A stretch of 64,000 bases of DNA from assembly GCF_009914755.1 (NCBI RefSeq), contig NC_060947.1; one strand, written 5' to 3'. The notes beneath the pieces are model-generated. The model had not been told where the DNA came from and did no database searches. It worked only from the letters and a program-made list of their open reading frames with translations. Positions 1-12,014 of the stretch are shown here, piece after piece. Made by a program: the position numbers and the translations under genes. Every line of letters begins with the position of its first letter. Within the stretch, counting starts at the first letter, position 1. The DNA comes from the human T2T-CHM13v2.0 reference genome, Homo sapiens.

Positions 1-259
1 GGGAAAGAACATGCAGTGGTAAGTAGTTGTTGAGCACATTTCAGGCACTATTCTAGGTCCTTTACACATGTTATTGCATGTAATGTTCACAGTAACCTTG
101 TGAAGAAGGTGTAGAGTCAGTACTGTTATTCACACTTAAGGTCAAACACCCTATAGTTCTGTGTGTGGGTGTTGACATGATTCAGAGTGAAGCCAAGTAA
201 TTAGCAGCAGATACCTCATGGGGTAGATGGGCTAGAGTAGGTATTTTTCGATTGGTGAA

Positions 260-600
260 GAAAAAGAAAAATTGGTCAAGACAAAGGCAACAATATGAGC
301 TCATTATAGAGGAAGGGATAAGCAGTATATGTTTGTAGAATTAATCTAACAAGAACAAGTGTGTTAAGGAGTTTTGGAAAATGAGATTGGATAGGAAGGG
401 TGAAGCTAAGTTATGAAGGACCTTGAAAGCCAGGACATATAATTTGGGCATTTTGGACTAGGCAGTACGGAACCATGAAAGGTTTCTGAGCAGAAAAGGA
501 GTAACATATGGAAAATGTTTGTAGGCAGATTACTCTGGAAGTGGTAAATTTGGTGGCAGGGTGACTAGACCTGAGATTATTGAAATAGTTTGATGTGAGG
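260..600 (-). mobile_element. L2 LINE fragment (old, degraded)
   Basis: ggccttgaaagccagg...ggaaccatgaaaggtttctgagcag...ttactctgg resembles the antisense L2 3' region; ends approximate. Confidence 0.55.
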
Positions 601-777
601 TAGGTGAGTATCTTTTTAAATAAAAGCATTTAAAAGAAACAGGCTACTAAAAGCATACTTTCTCTAGGCTTTGAATTATTTGCTTTGGGTCGAATTGATT
701 AGCTCTTGGTAGATGATTAGACAGGTGTAAAGTGAATCCTGTGACCTAGACATCCCAATCACTTAGACTAAATCTAC

Positions 778-1040
778 GGCAATATTTTTCAAGCCATGAG
801 TTACATGACCCATTAGTAGGTTATAAATCAGTGTTGAAATTTGCAAATAGTGTTTTTTAAGTGAAATAGAAAATTGAATAGAGTAGAAACTTTCAATGTG
901 CCTATAGAGTGATAAGAAAAAGTGTGTTTGTGAAAAATTATTTCAGTCATTTGTGTTACATCTGTGCATACATGCACATTGGCTCATGATATAAAATATA
1001 TTTATTACTATGGCTTGTGGTAAAAAAAATAAGTCTCTGA
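778..1040. mobile_element. hAT-Charlie-type non-autonomous DNA transposon remnant
   Basis: tttttcaagcc...catgacccattagtagg...ttgtggtaaaaaa resembles Charlie-group MER elements; subfamily not identified. Confidence 0.4.
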
Positions 1041-1189
1041 TCTAGAGTATAGCACTGAATTACTTAATCCTTTTTCCTGCCATGTAAATTGTCAAAGCTT
1101 GCATGATTGATTTGAACATTAAGATAAAAACCCCACCACCTAGTTCAGGATGTCTTTACCTTTTTCCTGGCCCATTTCTAACCACCCAA

Positions 1190-1800
1190 AGTGATCTGTT
1201 TACCTTCAGTCTTTCCATACCAATTCATCTTATACCCAGCTGCCAGATCAGTCTTTCTAAGAGTATTTCTCACATCATGTCATTACCTTTGTCCAGAAAA
1301 TACACTGGTCCTCAATCCATTTATTTAATATTAATTTAGCAAATCTCAGTTAAGCACCTAAGAAATGAAGTCCACAATCTTTGTTTAGTCACATATGAAA
1401 ATTCCTTTTAATTCTTACCTCAAACTGTATTTCCAACTATGTTAGCACCACAGAGACCCCATAGATCAGCTTAATTGTACTACTTACTCTTCCTAGAATA
1501 TATGCATTTTTCACTCTACTATACCTTTGTTCATGCTAATCCCCACTTATTGCCCTTGTCATCCTTTAAGGCCATGACTTTTATAATCATCTCAGCTGGA
1601 CATAATTAGTTCCTCCTCTGGACCCACATAATACTTTTTGTCATTCATGTGAGACTCATCACATTCTGTCTTGCATTATATTAGTTGGGTTTATTCCCTT
1701 TTCTAGATTATAAACTCTTGAGAGTAAGGGTCACTTCTTGTTTATGCCTGCAATGTTAACAGTGCTTTGCAAAAGGTAGATGGTCACTATGCAGCTGCCA
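1190..1800 (+). mobile_element. L2 LINE 3' fragments
   Basis: cagctgccagatcagtctttctaa; ctagattataaactcttgagagtaaggg (typical L2 3' motif). Confidence 0.5.
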
Positions 1801-1934
1801 AATCAGTGAAAATGCTGAATTCATGACACAGTTCTGTCTTTTTCTTTCATTTAAGCAGAATGACATTATATAGTTCAGCAAACAATTTTCCCAATATTTT
1901 TCTTAGTATGACTGACAGCATTAGACAGAATGGA

Positions 1935-2115
1935 ACAGAGCAAAGAGCACTGGGCTAGGAATCAGAAGACGTTGACACTAGTCTTGGCTCTGTCACCAAA
2001 AAATTCTGTCACCTTTAATATGCCATTTGATCTCTCTGGTTATTTTAGCATAAGGCACTCCTCCTTTAAAAATACGGGACTGAAATGATTAACTTAAGGT
2101 TTTTTCTAACTCTAA
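1935..2115 (+). mobile_element. MIR SINE
   Basis: aaagagcactgggctaggaatcagaagac...ttggctctgtcacc is the MIR 5'/core pattern. Confidence 0.6.
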
Positions 2116-2645
2116 AAACATTCATCTTAGATTATTTACTGTGCCAGTTGCATTCACTCAGCAGATACTTATTGAGTCCTTACTGGGGATATAGCAATGA
2201 TCAAAACTAACTATATGCTTTCATGGACCTGACATTAAGGTAGTGGAGACAAATAATAAATAAATGAAATGTAATATATAATGTAAAATAGTGGTAAGTG
2301 CTAAAATAAAAATAAAACAGGGAAAAGGGATGGAGATTGGCAAGGAAGGTCTCTCTGAAGAGGTGACATTTGGGCAGAGATCTGTATGAGGTGAAAGATT
2401 TGGGGAGAAGAGCATACCAGGCAGAGGGAGCTGCTATGCAAAAGCCCTGAGGTCAGAATGTGCTTTGCACTTTGGGGGAACAAATAAAAGTCAGTGTGCT
2501 TGAGTCATAGACAGCAAGAGGTTGAGTAATAAAAGATGAGGCCAGAAAAGTAGTAAAGGACTAGATCATATGAAACCTTTTCAACGGAGTAAAGAGAATG
2601 TTATTCTAAGCACAGTGAAAAGCCACTGGAAGATTTTAAGCGGGG

Positions 2646-3045
2646 TGTTTTAGTCCGTTTTCACACTGCTATAAAGATACTACCAAGGACTGGGTAATTT
2701 ATAATGAAAAGAGGTTTAATTGACTCAGAGTTCTGCATGGCTGGGGGGTGCCTCAGGAAACTACAGTCATGGCAGGGAGGCGAAGGGGAGGCAGGCACCT
2801 TTCTTCACAAAGCAGCAAGAGAGCAAGTGAGAGTGGGGAGAAGCGCCAGACACTTATCAAACAACCAGATCTCATGAGAACTCCTTCACTATCACAAGAA
2901 CAGGGTGGGGGAAACTGCCCCAATGACCCAATTACCTTCCACCTGGTTCCTCCCTCCACACCTGGGGATTATAATTCCAGATGAGATTTGGGTAATTACA
3001 ATTCCAAATGAGATTTGGGTAGGGACACAGAGCCAAACCATATCA
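2646..3045 (-). mobile_element. THE1D/THE1C-type MaLR solo LTR
   Basis: tgttttagtccgttttcacactgctataaag...gggacacagagccaaaccatatca is the reverse complement of a THE1 LTR; degenerate 5-bp TSD cgggg/taggg. Confidence 0.9.
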
Positions 3046-3234
3046 TAGGGTAGTGATATGATCTACCTACTTTGCATTTAAAAATGATCGCTCTGGCTGT
3101 TGTGTAGAGAATAGATGGCAAGAGTGGAGGCCAGGAGACTAATTAGGAAGCTGCTAAAATATTCCCTTTAAGAGATTATCATTTTCTCTATGTGTGTGTG
3201 TTTCTAAATAGATTTTTGTCTTTTCTTTTTAAAA

Positions 3235-3535
3235 TTTTTTAAAATTTTATTTTTAATTGACAAAACTTGTATGTATTTTTGGTATAAACATGTTTATATA
3301 TATGTGTGTGTATCTACACACACACACATACATTGTGGAATGATAAAATCAAGCCAATTAACATATCCATCACCTCATATCCTTATCATTTTTTGTTATG
3401 AGAACATTTAAAATCTATTATTTTAGCAATTTTCAAGTATATAATACATTATTACTAACTATAACCACCATGCTGTACGATAGATCTCTGGAACTTAGTT
3501 CTCTTATCTAACTGAAACTTTGTACCCTTTAACGA
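3235..3535 (-). mobile_element. L1MA (MA8/MA9-like) 3' end
   Basis: T-rich start, then cattgtggaatgataaaatcaagccaattaacatatccatcacctca...tagatctctggaactt. Confidence 0.8.
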
Positions 3536-4525
3536 GCAAGGAGATGTTGAATGATTAGACTAAAATGGTGACAGTGAAGATGGAGTGAAGTGAATAGATT
3601 GGGAATATAATGTGGAGGGAGAATGGACAAGATTTGTTAATGAATTGAATATGGCAGAGGTGTAGGAAAAGCGGGAATTAGAGATGACTCTTATGTTTGT
3701 CACCTAATCAACTGAGGGAGATGGTGATACCATATACTAAGACGGGGAGAATGAGGAGGAATAAGCTTGAGGGTTGAGGCTGGAGATTTAAACAAGAGTT
3801 CAGTTTGTGATATAAGTTTAAAATGTCTATTTCAGTTTTAAATGAAGAAATAAAAGATATATATGAATATGGAGTTTGGAGAGAAGTCAGGAGTGGATAT
3901 GCAATCTTGAGGGCTTTTACTATTTAAATGACACTTAAAGCCATGCTACTAGATGAGATAACCTCAGAAATCATTCAACATTTTCAGACTGGGTAGGAAA
4001 AGAGTCAACAAAAGAGAATGAGAAAGAGTCGCCAATTAGGTGAAAGAAATACCAGGAGTATGGGTGTCACTGAAGCCAAAAGAAGATACTGTTTTGAGTT
4101 GAAGGAAGTGATCAACTCTAGCAAATGCTGCTGAGTTTGAATAAGTGGAAGACTAGGAATAGATCATTGCATTTGGCAACATGTAGGTCATTGGGCACCT
4201 TGACACAAGTTAATTTTGATGTGGTAGAAAAAATAGGCTAACAGAAGCAGGTTGTAAAGAGATGGGGAAAATGAGGAAAAGGGGACAATGAATCTATAAT
4301 GAGAAATTTTTCTGTGATGGAGAAATCGAGGAGTTAGCTAAATGAAGATATGGGGAATCAAATAAGCTTTTTTGTTGTTATAATACATATAAGATCTCTA
4401 AAAATATGTTAGATCTGTTTTTAAGCTCTACTGAGGTTTAATTGACATAGAAAAAATTGCATGTATTTAATGTAGACATTTTGATGAGTTTGGACATATG
4501 CATGCTTCTACTGTGATACTGTTCC

Positions 4526-5127
4526 TATAACCATAATAGTTTTATTGCCTGATGCACACAGCAAGTCAGTACACTGAAACATCAGGTTGTAGCAGAGAAA
4601 GAGGTTTCATCATAGGGTCACTGAATGGGGAAATGGAAAGGAACCTCAAATTAATCTCCCCAAGGAGTTTGGAGCTAGGATTTTTAAGTGTCTCGGAGTG
4701 GGCTGAAGTGTGGAGATCATTGATTGGTCAAAGAGTACAGGGTGAAGCCATGGGACAGCAAGATGAGGAAGCTGTATTCTCATGCTAATCTTGTTCCTCT
4801 GTGGGGGTCTTCAAACTGGTTGCTGGAATTTGAGGTTTGAAAAACATCTTAAGCCATCCTCAAACAAAAGCCTTAAAATTCTAATGTCAGAGATCCTGTC
4901 TATAGGAACAATGGGGATACAAATCAATTTTTAATTTCCTATGACCCTAATGCCAGAAATCCTACCTATAGGAACAATGGGGTGCAAATGGTCAGTTATC
5001 TAATGCTACATGACTTTTAGCAACAAGGAAATGAGCAAGAGGGCAGCCTGATAAATGCTTAACTCTAACTATATTTCTGTTTGGAACGCGGCATGCAATT
5101 CTTGTCAACCCTGTAGGAATGATTTCA
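4526..5127 (-). mobile_element. ERV1 LTR (LTR26-like, MER4/LOR1 group), 3' LTR of provirus
   Basis: ~600-bp direct repeat of 9413-10012; starts tgaaa on the minus strand; internal tandem duplication shared with partner LTR. Confidence 0.85.
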
Positions 5128-5419
5128 GTTCTGCTTTGTCTTGTTAATCCTCTATCCTGAGCTGTGATCAATAAGGAGGGAATTGGGTGATGACTTCTCT
5201 GGCTGTGTCTTGCTGACAAGGGGCACAGATAGGGACCATAATCAGGATTTGAGGAATAAAACTGCTTTGCAGTGGCCTGTAAATGGTCTTGAGTGCCAAG
5301 TCTAGAGTTTTGACTCTGCATGGCAAAAATGTCAGTTCTTGTTACTAGTCCTTGTTGTCTGTGGGAAATAGAAAAGAAATACAACAATAATTATAATAAA
5401 AAGAATTTGTAAGGAGGCC

Positions 5420-5845
5420 TGTATTAGGGCATTCTCACATTACTATAAAGAAATACCTGGGGGAAAAATACGTGAGACTAGATAATGTATAAAAAAAGTT
5501 TTAATTTGCTCATGATTCTGCAGGCTATACAGGAAGCATAATGGGTTTTGCTTTTGGGAAGGCCTCAGGAAGCTTCCAATCATGTCAGAAGGCAAAGTGG
5601 AGCAGGTGTCTTATATGACAGGAGCAGGAGCAAGAGAGAGGGAGGAGGTGCTACATATTTCTAAATAGCCAGATCTTGCAAAAACTCACTCACTATCATG
5701 AGACCAGCACGAAGAGGATGGTGCTAAACCATTCATGAGAAATTCACCCCAATGATCCAATTACCTCCTACCAGGCCCCAACTCCAACACTGGGGATTAT
5801 ATTTCAGTATGATTTTGGGCAGGGACACAGATCTGAACCATAAAA
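5420..5845 (-). mobile_element. MSTA MaLR solo LTR nested in provirus
   Basis: tgtattagggcattctcacattactataaagaaatacctg...gggacacagatctgaacca. Confidence 0.88.
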
Positions 5846-6507
5846 GGGACCAAAACCAGTTTCCCATTCCCATAAGAAGCCAGCTAAAGGATCATTAAGA
5901 GGGTTTGTGACATACATCTCTTGCCAAAATGCCATATTTGGGGGTATAGGTTTCTGAGCCCCGACATCCCCTGTCTGAAACTTCCCTAGAAGTTTCACAC
6001 ATTAAAAGCTGAGTTGGTGGAAAAATTTAGTAAGTAGCTGAGTGGCAAAGGATCCTAGTAAACCAGTCTCCCATTCCTGGAATAGGCCAGTTCCATTAAA
6101 CAGCTGTATCTCATTTCAGGAGATGGCATTGCAGGCAAACTATAGTTTGTGTATCACAAAGTATGCTTGCAGTTACTCAGGAAAACAGTAGTAGCAATTT
6201 AATTGAGTATAAGTCAGAGAAATGGAATAAAAATTTGGTAATATAAGTTTGGAGACATGCTTAGAAAAGAATTCAGGATTCAAACTAAACTGTAGACAAA
6301 TAAGAAAAACTCAAAATAATGGACACAGTATACTAATAAAAGGTGTACTGTAGTTTCTTTTGAAACATAATTTTTCTCTCTTCAGTGCCTCATTTCTACC
6401 AAATAAAAATCAGTAGGACCAACTTATTGGCAAAATAAGTTTGAGTCTTATTATATTTGGTTTGATTATTTGCATAGAGTGCAGCAAGAGTAATTATTGG
6501 TGATGTA

Positions 6508-8469
6508 GGCTTTTTAAATTATTTTTAATTTTTATTTTTTGTAGGTACATGGTAGGTATATACATTTCTGCAGTATATGAGATATTTTGACACAGGCATG
6601 CAATTCATAATAACCACATCATGGGAAATTGGGTATCCATCCCTTCAAGCATTTATCCTTTGTGTTACAAACAATCCAGTTATACTATTTTTGTTATTTT
6701 AAAATGTAAAATTATTGACTACAGTACCCCTGTTGTGCTGTCAATACTAGGTCTGTTAACCATCCCCATCTTCCCCCCGCCCTCCCACTATCTTTCCAAG
6801 ACTCTAGTAACCATCCTTCTATTCTCTATCTCCATGAGTTCAGTTGTTTTGAAGTTTAGATCCCAACAATAAATGAGAACATGCCACATTCGTCTTTCTG
6901 TGCCTGGCTTATTTCACTTAACATGATGACCTCCCGTTCCATCCATGTTGTTGCAATTGACTAGATCTCATTCTTTTTTTATGGCTGAATAGTACTCCAT
7001 TGTGTATATGTACCACATTTTTAAAAATCCATTAATCTGTTGATGGACACTTGGTTGCTTCCAAATCTTGGCTATCATGAATAGCATTGCAGTAAACATC
7101 AGAGTGCAGATATATTTTCCATAAACAGATTTCCTTTATTTTGGGTAGTGGGATTGCTGGATCATATGGTAGCTCTAGATTTGTCCTTTCAAGGAACCTC
7201 TAAACTGTTCTCCGTAGTGGTTGTACTAATTTACATTTCCACCAACAGTGGATGAGGGTTCTGTTTTCTCCACATCCTTGCCAGCATTTGTTATTGCTTG
7301 TCTTTTGAATATAAGCCATTTTATCTGGGGTGAGATGATATCTCCTTGTAGTTTTGATCTGCATTTCTCTGATGATCAGTGATGTTGAGTACCTCTTCAT
7401 ATGCTTCTTTGCCATTTGTATGTCTTCTTTTGAGAAATGTCTGTTGAGATCTTTTGCCCATTTTAAAATCAGATTATTAGGTTTTTTTCTATAGAGTTAT
7501 TTGTGTTCCTTATATATCCTGGTTATTAATCCCTTGTCAGATGGATGGTTTGCAAATATCTTCTCCGATTCTGTGGGCTAGCTTTTCAGTTTGTTGATTA
7601 TTTCCTTTGCTGTGCAGACACTTCTTAACTTAATGTGAACCCATTTGTCCAAGGCCTGCAGTGAGTCTTGCCTGGCTAACACTGCTGATTACTCAGGGCC
7701 CAAAGACTCTTTAGTCAGCAAGTGATGAATCCTGCCAGGACTTGGTTCTTCCCTTCAAGGAAGCTGATTCTTTCATGGTGCACAGTGTGTTTAGCAATGT
7801 CATCTGTGTGCTAGGGCATGGAATGGGGGCCTCAGGACTCTGCCTGGTACCCTGTTCTACTGTGACTGAGCTGATATTCAAGTTGTAAGACAAAGTCATC
7901 TTAATGTCCCCTCTCTTCTGAAGCAGAGGGAAGCAGTCCCTCCCAGAGCTGCAAGCTATGCTGTCTGGGTTTGGCAGAGGGGTGACACAAGCACTCCCTT
8001 GGGCGCTCTCACTAGATTGTCTCACTACCTTAAGTACCTTAAGTCCACTGGCTGTAAGCTCAGCACAGAACCAGGACTTGCCCAGGAATTGCAGTCCTTG
8101 TGGCCTAAACTGGTTTTAAAGTTTATTTTGTACCCCAGAGCACTTTAGCCCATGGTGACAGGGCTTGTTGAGACTTAGCTTCTGACCGCTGGGTTGGATG
8201 ATTTGCCCCTGGCTAGGGCTTGTCTAAATGCCCCTTCCATGGGTACTGAGTTCTGCCCTATATTGCTTTCTGCCGTGACAGGGCATCACTGAATTCCAAT
8301 GCAAAGTCCACAATCACTGCACTCTCCTCCCCAAACCACTTGATTCTCTCTCCATTTGACATGGTTGCTGCCAGGGCATGGAGGAGGGTTGGTGATTCAG
8401 GACTGTCTTTCATACCCTCTTTAGTGCCTTTTCCCTTAATATGATCTTAAAACCAGGTACTGTAATTGC
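6508..8469 (-). mobile_element. L1MA (MA1-3-like) with large internal deletion, nested in provirus
   Basis: 3' UTR and ORF2 C-terminus at 6508-7650 (ORF 7200-7415 ...[15 protein letters not shown]...CWQGCGE) joined directly to L1M 5' UTR-like sequence at 7651-8469. Confidence 0.8.
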
Positions 8470-9386
8470 GCCCGCAAATTAAAACCTTTCAGAGGAGACA
8501 ATGATTTTTACTGTCCATTCAACTGGATTCCGCACAAAAAGAGAGGCCAGGAGGCCAACTGGGAAGGAATTCTTACCCTTTTACTGGCTTTTTGGGTTCC
8601 TGAATTCCTTCAACTGCAGCTTCCAGAAGAGCAGAGTTTTGACCACCCTGATCGCTAATTACTAAGGAAAACCATTTTCATTATTTTCATGGGTTCATAG
8701 GTGAAAGCCACTCAATTTTATAAGACACAAGGGATCCAATTAACATTCCCCATATCAGCAGAGACAAAATTACAAGATACACATAACAGAGACACAAACA
8801 CCCGTTATTCTACTCAGTTTCCAAGTTTTAGCCAGGCAAAACAGACAAAACACCAAAATGGTTACTCCCAGTCAGGCCTGCTGATATTCTGCTAGTGATT
8901 CCTTCCAGCTTGCCCACACACAAATGGGGCAAGACAAAAACAAACACAAGGCCTCACAAGTCAAAATTCTGAAACCAGATTTCAGAACTGTGACCAGAAG
9001 GGTCCTGGCGTACTTCCCTCTAACAGTGTGCCTTTCGTTCTCCTTCCAATTGGGGAAAATCCCCTTAAACAGGGCCCTTCCTATAGGTTAGGGAAGGTCA
9101 ACAGGATCTCCGAAGAGGTCACAAGACCTCTGAAGAGGCCAACAGATCAGAAGAATGGAAAGGAGATGTCAGTTGCACTTGGAAGTACTCACCAGATTCA
9201 GAAGACATCTTTCAGATTCAGAAACCATTTCTCTGCTGCAAGCAAATGTATGCAATGCCCTGCCAGCAAGTGAGGCTCCAGGGACAGCCCCTGGTTTAAA
9301 GAAGCCAGGCATCCACTTGGGCTTTCCTCTGGGCCACAGAAATGGGTGAGGGAGCACCAAGCCACAGCCACATAACCATGAGGGGT

Positions 9387-9406
9387 GTCCCTTTGTGGGG
9401 TTGCCA
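9387..9406 (-). promoter_or_regulatory. Retroviral primer-binding site, tRNA-Arg(UCG)-like
   Basis: Minus strand tggcaaccccacaaagggac versus tggcgaccacgaagggac (complement of the tRNA-Arg 3' end), with a 2-nt insertion and CpG-type changes; just 3' of the 5' LTR. Confidence 0.7.
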
Positions 9407-9412
9407 CTAAAT

Positions 9413-10012
9413 AGCAGCCAGAATATGTTCATTGCCCAATGCACACAGCAAGTCAATACACTGAGACACCAGATTGCAGCAGAGAAAGAGCTTTAATTGT
9501 AGGGTCACTGAATGAGGAGATGGGAGGGAACCTCCAATCCATCTCTCCAAGGAGTTTGGAGCTAGGATTTTTTAAGTGTCCTTGGAGTAAGCCAAAGTGT
9601 GGAGATCATTGATTAGCTGAAGAGTGAAGAGTGAAGTCATGGGACAGGGAAATGAGGAAATTGCATTCTCATGTTAGTCCTATTACTCTGTGGGGATCTT
9701 CAAACTGCTGGAATTTGAGGTCTGAAAAACATCTTAAGTAATAGTTAAACAAAAGTCTTAAAACTCTTGTGTCAGATTCTGTCTATAGGAACAATGGGGA
9801 TACAAATCAGTTCCTAAACAGTCTTATGACCCTAATGTCAGAAATCCTACCTATAGAAACAAGGGCAATACAAATGATCAGTGTCCAGTGCTACATGACT
9901 TTTAGCAGCAATGAAGTGGGCCAGAAGGCAGCCTGGTAAATGCTTAATTATAACTATATTTCTGTCCAGAACGTGACATGCAATTCTTGTCAACCTTATG
10001 GGGAGGGTTTCA
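9413..10012 (-). mobile_element. ERV1 LTR (LTR26-like), 5' LTR of provirus
   Basis: Direct repeat of 4526-5127 (about 80% identity by eye); provirus flanked by ttcc/ttac, a degenerate 4-bp TSD. Confidence 0.85.
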
Positions 10013-10079
10013 TTACCACATCAAGGTACTAAATATATCCATTACCTACAAAAATGTACTTGTTTTGCTCAATGGATAT

Positions 10080-10472
10080 TGTGTTAGTCTGTTGTTACAC
10101 TGCTATAAAGAAATACTTGAGACTGAGTAATCTATAAAGTAAAGCAGTTTAATTGGCTCACGGTTCTGCTGGCTGTACAGGAAGCATGATGGCTTCTGGG
10201 GAGGCCTCAGGAAACTTTCGATCATGGCAGAAGGGGAAGCAGATATGTCTTACATGGCCAGAGCAGGAGGAAAGGGGGAGGGAAGGTGCTACACACTTTT
10301 AAATGACCAGATCTCATGAAAACTTTATCAGGAGAACAGCAGTAGAAAGATGGTGTTAAACCATTAGAAGCCACCCCCATGTTCCAATCACCTCCTTCCA
10401 GGCCCACCTCTAGCATTGAGTATTACATCTTAACATGAGATTTCAGTGGGGACTCAAATCCAAACCATATCA
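10080..10472 (-). mobile_element. MSTA MaLR solo LTR
   Basis: tgtgttagtctgttgttacactgctataaag...caaatccaaaccatatca; TSD gatat/ggtat. Confidence 0.9.
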
Positions 10473-10694
10473 GGTATAAAGTCTGGGTTATGTGAGATGA
10501 ATAAGTTCTAGAGATCTGCAGTACAACACAGTACTCATAGTTAACAGTACAGTATTGTGCACTTTGAAATATGCTAAGAGGATAGATCTCATCTTAGGTG
10601 TTCTTCACACACATACACACACACACGCACGGATCTATTTTTCAATATACTTTATGCCTTAAGCATTGTCAATGACACTTTCATCTTTAAAATA

Positions 10695-10818
10695 TCTTTT
10701 TTCATTTTTCTTTTCCTTTTTTCTCTCTATGTCCCTTCATTCCTCTTCCTCCCCACTCCTTTCTCTGTCTCCCCATCTCTCTCTTCCTTCCCTCCCCCAA
10801 CTTTCTCTCTTTCGCTCT
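10695..10818. repeat. CT-rich low-complexity tract
   Basis: Nearly pure pyrimidine run. Confidence 0.8.
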
Positions 10819-12014
10819 ACAGTAGAAAAGCCAAAATTCCCATTTGAAAAGTTTTTGCTATTTTTTTCGAATGCTTAGCATTCCCTCCTGAAGGGGAATT
10901 CTTCCCAAATATTTGTGAAGGCACCAAATTTATGAGAAAACACAAACTGTAAACTACTCTTGCTGGATAATAAGGTTGAGCCTTTACTATGTCTAATATT
11001 CCACACTGGAGGGTAAATAATTTAATTTATAAAATTTAGAAATATTTTATAAGAGCTTAGGATACAAAATTAAATGGTGGACCTGTAAGGGACATCTGCT
11101 CGGGGCAGAGAACTATTCTTTTTCCCCTTTCTCCCCGTCATTATTGTATTTATCAAGAACGATGGGAAAATAATTTTTCAAAATCCAGGGTTTTTTAAAA
11201 TTTTAAATATTTTTCCATTTATGTCTAAGGAATTGGATGATATTCCTTATTATTATGCAGGTTCAATTCTTATACTTCATTTTATAACTACTTCATTTTG
11301 TGTTGAAAGGTTTAAAGCATGATACAAGAAACACCTAAATACCATTCATGAAGATTCACAAATTTTATTGCAGAGGTTCACAATTTTAAAAAATATTTTG
11401 CCCTATTTGCTTTTTTATTTACCTATTTTAGATAGATAGGTATAGATAGACATCTAATTTGTAACATATATATTAATAACATATACTACATAATGTGTAT
11501 TTTTTTCAGAAAAATCTTAAAGTTGGAGATATCATGCCCCTTTCATCATATAGACTTCAGTGTGTATTTCCCAAGAAAAGGAGAGTATTCTCATACAAAG
11601 ACTCCAGTATAGTTTACAAAATCTAAAGATTTAACAGTGATATGTTACTTTCAACTAATCTGAAGTCTTTTTAAATTTGTGTAATTTTCTTAATCATGTC
11701 TTTTATAGATAGTTTTTATCTCAGTAAAGGATAAAATTTAGTATCACACATTTCTTAGGTACCATGTCTCTTTAGTTTTCTTTAATCTGGAATGGTTTTT
11801 GAGACTGTGTTCCTTGATATTGAAATTTTTGGAAAGTATAGATCAACTATTTTATAGAATGTCCTTCAATTTGATTGCCTCATGTTTCCTCCTAATTAGA
11901 TTCAGGTCATACATCTTTGAGAGTAACACAATTTAAACGAAGATTGTGTTCTAAAAAGTGCATCTTATTAAGAGGCATATATAAAGTGGGTTTGTCTGAA
12001 CGTTGGTGTGGTTA

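Larger units (their letters stand above)
2150..4330 (-). mobile_element. L2 LINE, interrupted by THE1 LTR and an L1 3' end
   Basis: cattcactcagcagatacttattgag (antisense L2 tail), then ggaaggtctctctgaagaggtgacattt etc.; resumes collinearly at 3046 and ~3540. Confidence 0.75.
5128..9412 (-). mobile_element. ERV1 internal region (MER4/LOR1-group-like, non-coding), with nested insertions
   Basis: Lies between two LTRs; PBS next to the 5' LTR; leader splice-donor-like ctg|gtgagt at 9187-9192 (minus); no gag/pol/env ORF. Confidence 0.7.
4423..10630 (-). mobile_element. L1MB-type 3' end with 5' inversion; pieces at 4423-4525 and 10013-10062 (minus) and 10063-10079, 10473-10630 (plus)
   Basis: L1 3' UTR read antisense up to ~10062, upstream part read sense from ~10063; flanks agatctgttttt (4411-4422) and ggatctattttt (10631-10642). 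Confidence 0.65.

Noticed and set aside
4881-4990. Tandem duplication within the ERV1 LTR as a locus-specific event
   Set aside because: The same duplication is in the partner LTR (~9765-9877), so it predates integration
4992-5387. 131-aa minus ORF as an env remnant
   Set aside because: No env/TM motifs; it crosses into the LTR and starts at a non-ATG codon
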